From Priapulus caudatus (Eukaryota): a DNA stretch of 64,000 bases. Of the stretch, positions 60,001 through 64,000 are shown one piece after another (position 1 is the stretch's first letter; each line of letters starts with the position of its first letter). The position numbers and the translations under genes are program-made. The notes below the pieces were generated by a model. The model had not been told where the DNA came from. It saw only the letters and a list, made by a program, of their open reading frames with translations, and did not search any database. Location: assembly GCF_000485595.1 (NCBI RefSeq), contig NW_014577078.1, positions 391,773 to 455,772 of the forward strand, in the 5' to 3' direction.

Positions 60001-60631
60001 CGGTATGTTGTAAGGTTCAGGTGAGAGTGAATGTGTGGAGCACACATTCAAAGAAGTCATGAAATCAATTGTCTTCGTTACAAACTCTCGTAAACGGTTC
60101 CAATTGTAACATTGGTCCCCAAAACAAAGAATCTGTTTTAAAAACATGTTTGACGCCTAGCAATGACCAGAAACTACAAGCAATGATTGAGGTTACTCAT
60201 TGCATTGGCCAAACCCGGGATCCTGCTCTGTCACCACGGTCATCTTTCGTATATTGAAACAGTTGAGTACAGTATAAGCATAAATTTGATTAAATTTGTG
60301 CATTCTTATAATGTCATTTACCACTGGAGTCTGAGCACTTTGCATAAAGGATAACTTCCAAACTATTTATGCACAGTGTCAGGTGTACTTATGCCAACGT
60401 ATCTTGGTGCCAAATATCTTTAGTAAAACTAAAAAAATCAAGGTCATATTTCAAGGTGTTACTTCAAGTATTCTCAAGGTTGAAAAGGTGTAATCTTTCT
60501 CTTTTACATGCATATTGCAGGGCCATTCCGGAGAGGTCATAGCCCTCTCTTTCAACTGCAGTGGAAATGAAATTGTAACAGGTTCATTTGATAGCACCGT
60601 TTGCCTGTGGGACGTTCGTATGGGAAAGAAG
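30037..60631 (+). CDS. DAW1: Dynein assembly factor with WD repeats 1 (WDR69/ODA16), first 8 exons; 3' part outside window
   Basis: Exons: 30037-30076, 37275-37347, 38222-38313, 41519-41571, 41827-42008, 42231-42330, 57796-57903, 60521-60631. Joined in frame: [21 protein letters not shown]...LDLLDF...[33 protein letters not shown]...[31 protein letters not shown]...[24 protein letters not shown]...[12 protein letters not shown]. Confidence 0.93.
31065..31555. repeat. Tandem repeat, about three diverged units of ~170-190 bp
   Basis: CGCTATAGG(C/T)GGCAGGAAA...AACGAGTTG..TTATAA..CTCTGTGAATATTG recurs near 31072, 31243 and 31436. Confidence 0.8.
31767..32153. mobile_element. GG-terminated MITE with 8-bp TSD (Merlin- or Mutator-like) and subterminal CCCATTTCGTCTAC repeats
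   Basis: GGGTTATTCCCGGTTGGCCTACTC / GAGTAGGCCAACTGGGATGTTACC; TSD GCCCATGC; partial copies at ~16576-16635 and ~37512-37770. Confidence 0.8.
32946..33627. mobile_element. Non-autonomous Kolobok-type element with ~145-bp TIRs
   Basis: TTAA on both sides, AG...CT termini, near-perfect long inverted repeat; internal acidic ORF remnant METESN...[17 protein letters not shown]. Confidence 0.8.
33680..33996. mobile_element. CAGTCTT-terminated element with 6-bp TSD, copy 2 (inverted relative to 18143-18491)
   Basis: TSD CCCCAT at 33674-33679 and 33997-34002. Confidence 0.8.
34336..36144. mobile_element. Cluster of nested/fragmented CAG-terminated GC-rich MITEs
   Basis: Starts CAGTGGCGTAGAC (34336), CAGTGGCGGATCCAG (~34686) and CAGGTGCCGCGCG (~35888); ends TCTACGCC..CTG (~35808, 36144); poly-G/C tracts; pairing not resolved. 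Confidence 0.6.
37797..38167. mobile_element. hAT-like MITE with TAGTGATG termini
   Basis: TAGTGATG...CATCACTA, rich in ATCG motifs; no clean TSD. Confidence 0.45.
38439..41330. mobile_element. CAG-terminated DNA element with 5-bp TSD, enclosing an N-gap and a Gypsy pol fragment
   Basis: CAGGGGCTGGAAATAG / CTATTTTCAGCCTCTG; TSD GATAT; subterminal GGTCC motifs. Confidence 0.65.
39094..40800 (+). pseudogene. Gypsy pol fragment (RT and RNase H); duplicate of ~46822-48812
   Basis: [70 protein letters not shown]; begins exactly at the N-gap. Confidence 0.92.
42546..42950 (+). mobile_element. Left end of a second Harbinger family with a transposase N-terminal remnant
   Basis: CAG then [41 protein letters not shown]...LERATRR resembles the HARBI1 N-terminus; 71-bp mini-copy at 56331-56401. 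Confidence 0.65.
43740..45350 (+). pseudogene. Gypsy gag with CCHC zinc knuckle (interrupted by a MITE)
   Basis: [24 protein letters not shown]; knuckle [14 protein letters not shown] at ~45268-45312. Confidence 0.85.
44355..44755. mobile_element. Harbinger-type MITE, 401 bp, TSD TAA
   Basis: AGGCCCGTCTCCACACACGCGGC / GCCGCGTGTGTGGAGACAGGCCT. Confidence 0.9.
46138..46406. mobile_element. GGGTCTATGT-TIR MITE with internal (TTAGGG)n, inserted in pol
   Basis: Inverted homolog of 26498-26718. Confidence 0.8.
50493..50933. mobile_element. Harbinger-type MITE, 441 bp, TSD CTG
   Basis: AGGCGTGTTCAGGAGAGCGAACGCTC / GAGCGTTCGCTCTCCTGAACACGCCT; removal restores the integrase tail [14 protein letters not shown]. 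Confidence 0.9.
51711..52173 (+). pseudogene. Putative env-like remnant (internally deleted)
   Basis: After an acceptor-like ttttatttcag: [46 protein letters not shown], then a Pro-rich tail PPRLYPSI. Lies between pol and the 3' LTR. Family assignment by eye only. Confidence 0.45.
53571..54012. mobile_element. Probable Helentron-associated (HINE-like) insert
   Basis: Starts TTTTTAGCTC, then (CCGT)n and GGTCAAAGGTCA repeats; ends in a T-run; boundaries approximate. Confidence 0.4.
57149..57385 (-). mobile_element. HINE/Helentron-like non-autonomous repeat
   Basis: ACTAGAGCACTCGGAGAGCGCAGACCTCC.CCAAGG terminus and (CAAA)n near the other end. Confidence 0.6.
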
Positions 60632-62051
60632 GTATGTGAGTTGATCTCGCGATAACCAGAGCTCTCAAGGTCTGATTGTGCAAAAGTATTTAACTGCTGA
60701 GTGTCGAGCTTTGATATGCTGGCAAGGTAAGCGAGGTTGAGGGTGGTACAGCCCCTGATTGTTTTAAGAGTCTAGATTTGGTAATTTTACAACATAGATC
60801 ATCGTTTGAGACCTGCAATGCTCAAAATAGATGTTATGCCTGTGAAATCGCTATTCTCCAGACATATTCGTGGGTAATTGTTATTTCTGTTTATATTTGT
60901 GATATTTGAGAGATTCCTATCTTGTTGTTGGTATTTGAAATGACATCTACCTGTGAGAGTCTCATTCAAAACTACGTGAGGCTTAATTGTCTGGTCTGCT
61001 GTGAAAGTCACATAATTAGATACACTATTTTCATTGGCACTGTGAAGATACTGTCATACCTCAAGCCTTATTTTGCAGACAGTAAAAGTGTTAATTTAAT
61101 GAATAAGGGATAAAATCAAATACACTATCAGGCAAGAAAAATCTACAAATATTAGCATAAAATAATCAGCGATACTGTTCCCCACCATCTATGTAATTGA
61201 CTTCGCTATCTCGGATTGAAAACAGCCTTCTCTCTGTTACAACGCCCGTGTGCATCCCCACCCACACAGATTTTCAGTGATAAAACACAATGTCACGCGT
61301 CTCAGCAAGCACTGCAGTCACCCAATTTGCCTATTTTGTAAAGGAGGTGAGTAAGCTAGAACCTGGGTGGCATGTCACCCCATGCCTAGCTGATGTCTCT
61401 CCTCATCCACTACTACTAGGAAGGACTATGAATTAATGCAGTAGGTACATCTCACCCAACTTTCTCTTTGCGACCTTCTCCCCAACAAAGCCAACAATAT
61501 TTGCACCACAAGCAATTAGTTGGTGTGGCTTCACCTCAACTCTCACATCGTGTGACACTCTAGCTTTGAACAGCACTCCTGACTATATGCATAACACCAA
61601 TGACTCTTGAAAGCAGTCCTTATATAATTGTGGTAATATTATATTTAGTATTTTAATCTAGCACATTTCTTTAGAGTGGTGTATAATTAGTTAATGTGGC
61701 CATGAAGAACTGCAATACATCTTTATAAGCATGATGTTATAATATTCTCACTTAAAGTAATTATTTCAAAGAGTTTTTCTAACCATTTTCATATTTATCT
61801 GACAACCACATTACTGATATTTATTGAGTGACAGCAAGTGTCTAAAGTATGGCTAACATGTCTTAGAACACTCAGTTATTTTCACACAAATATACAATGA
61901 TTGAAATCTGTCTGTTTATGTAACGCACGTTTTAACGTTACTGTGTTAAGTGTGAATTATAATGTTGTGCGTAGCCAATGCACATAGATAAGAATAGAGA
62001 TCAGATGTTTACCATGATTCGTATTTTACTTGAAGATCAGAACAGTTACAG

Positions 62052-62838
62052 TGTTACAAAATTTAGTCGCAGTCGCTTCTGGTTGTCGAGAGCCTCCTCT
62101 ATCTCCTCCTCGTCCGACCCTTACGTTCGGACGAGGAGCAGCAGTTCTGTTGTCGCAGCAGCAGCAGCTGCAGCAGCAGCAACAGCAGTCGTCGGGAGAT
62201 TCCTCTCTTCTCCTCGTCTGACACCTGCGTTCAGACAAGGAGTTGTCTAATCCCGATTCTGCTCGCGTTCCGGCTTTTATACTCACAGGCACGCCCGCGG
62301 CGCATGCGTGACACATGCGTCATACGTACTCGCAAAGGCGTTGCACACGCCTCGCGCAGGCGCCGTACACATTCGCGAGGGCGTCATACACGCCCTTCGC
62401 ACGTGCTACACAGATTCGCGTAGGCGTTGAGTTGTTTTCGACCGAGAGGACTACTTGAGTCACTATAGATGTTATTGTCTAATCTGTTTCTAAGTGACTC
62501 TAATCTGTTTCTAATTGACCTCTAATGGGTGAGACGCCGATGCGGCGCTCCTAAGTGACCCCTAATTGGCAGGGCGCATCTCGGCGCTCTAATCGGTCTC
62601 TAAGTGGCTCTAATCTATTTCTAAGTGATTTCTAATGGACTTGTTGACGCGGATGCGGCTACTGCTAACTAGCCGATGCCGTCTTCGTGTGACCTATAAC
62701 CGAGTCGTAGCTAAGTGCCGTGTGACCTATAACCGAGTCGTAGCGGCTAGTGATATCTAGCTGCTACATTTCTCCGCATTGCGTCGGTGGTGGGGGAATT
62801 AGTAGCTCTATTGGCCTGTAACGCTTTGCGGCGTTACA
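62052..62838 (-). mobile_element. 3' LTR (787 bp) of a second, minus-strand LTR retrotransposon
   Basis: TGT...ACA termini; minus-strand PPT GGGGGGAGAAG directly precedes it (62839-62849); TATAAAA at ~62276-62282 (-); internal short tandem repeats. Confidence 0.8.
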
Positions 62839-64000
62839 CTTCTCCCCCCACTAACCCGATGTTCACAAAAGTGGTCATCGAATACCAGCCTCCTGGCTGG
62901 CCTTACGCGTCATGGTAATTTTATAGCCGAATTTGTTTACATGCTCTTTTAGATAGCGACATAGCTACCATCAATACAATACATACATAATACACAATAC
63001 GTAATAATGTTACATTATTGTCTACTGGTTTGGGCCTCGACCACGCGGCCGCACACCGTACAAAACTACTAGGGGATATTCGCGGTTCTGTGGCTGCGAA
63101 GTGAAGCGACGTGAAGTTCAGTTGACGTCAGTGGTCGACTTCCTCATCGGATGCGTCGGGTGAGGGGGCTGATGGTGTCGTCATGGTGGACAAGATGGCC
63201 GCCGCAGCCATCCCTTGGGCCATGGCGGCTATGTCTTCGGGGTTGAAGTCTGAGGGGTAGTTGGACTCCCCTACCTGGAATTCTTGTTGTAATGGTCCTG
63301 ACCCGCTGAACTGTCTGACGATCTCTGCTTCTGGGCACGGCCTGCATGGCCATCCGTCCTCCCAGGAGTCGTCGTCTTCGTCAGGCTCCGGGGAAGAGAG
63401 GTCGGGCATCGCCGTGCCGGTGGCCAGGGGAGGGCGTTCAGGGGGTTCAGACAACCCCCCTCCCCGACGGGATTGGGAGTTCTGCTCAAGTGTATACAAA
63501 AGATTTTTTAACCCTATTTCGAATTTAAAACACCGGTGGTGGTGTGTAGAGTAATATATTAAGACAAATTAACAACAATGAAAAGTTTCGTCGATCCTCA
63601 TTATCGATTGCTTCGCAGTATTCTGCAGCACACATTCATTCACAGTGCAGTAGCCATATTATTTTAATGGGTGGATACAGACATGTCTGTACACAAGTTC
63701 GCAGATCGCAGGCAGTAACGAACAAACCATATGAGGTGTGGGTAGGACACGTTAATTGCCACAATGTAACAATCAATCTTCAAAATGTGTGATTACGAGT
63801 CTCCGCACAAACATTAGTCTCAGAAGTCAGAGTTTACACACTGCCAGATTAGTACAAAATAAACAAGTCCTGGAACACCCCAAATTGTCTACGCTACTAC
63901 TCTTTAGCTACTAATAATACACAATTGGACAGTCATTTACCAAATTTTTTAGCCACGGCAGTGAGACTTCTGGGCTTAGTACCATCTGTTATATGTTCCC

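Noticed and set aside
59627..60410. Possible minus-strand transposase remnant ([11 protein letters not shown]...GIAQ)
   Set aside because: Too degraded; no catalytic motif or termini I can support.

Overview
Eukaryotic (animal, probably invertebrate; inferred from intron-rich genes and TE types) genomic window, not prokaryotic. Most ORF-track entries are noise. Three spliced host genes were reconstructed by hand. (1) The last coding exon of a YAP/Yorkie homolog (1440-1520, +, ends LLTWL*) with a probable ~5 kb 3'UTR. (2) A complete 12-exon propionyl-CoA carboxylase beta chain gene (PCCB, 7941-26960, -, 540 aa). (3) The first 8 exons of DAW1/WDR69 (30037-60631, +, continues past the window), head-to-head with PCCB. 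DAW1 intron 3 has minor-spliceosome (U12) signals. Introns are packed with nested TEs: a two-gene PIF/Harbinger element inside an L2/CR1-type LINE; a ~12 kb Gypsy LTR element with a decayed, possibly spliced env-like region and extra 3' ORFs; a second LTR; a Kolobok-type foldback element; and many MITEs, including CAG-terminated families with 5-, 6- and 7-bp target-site duplications (TSDs). Three N-gaps and one indel-rich stretch show the assembly is imperfect. I found no firmly established novel system. The best leads are the env-like/accessory region of the Gypsy element, the U12 intron and the P-element-like footprints.
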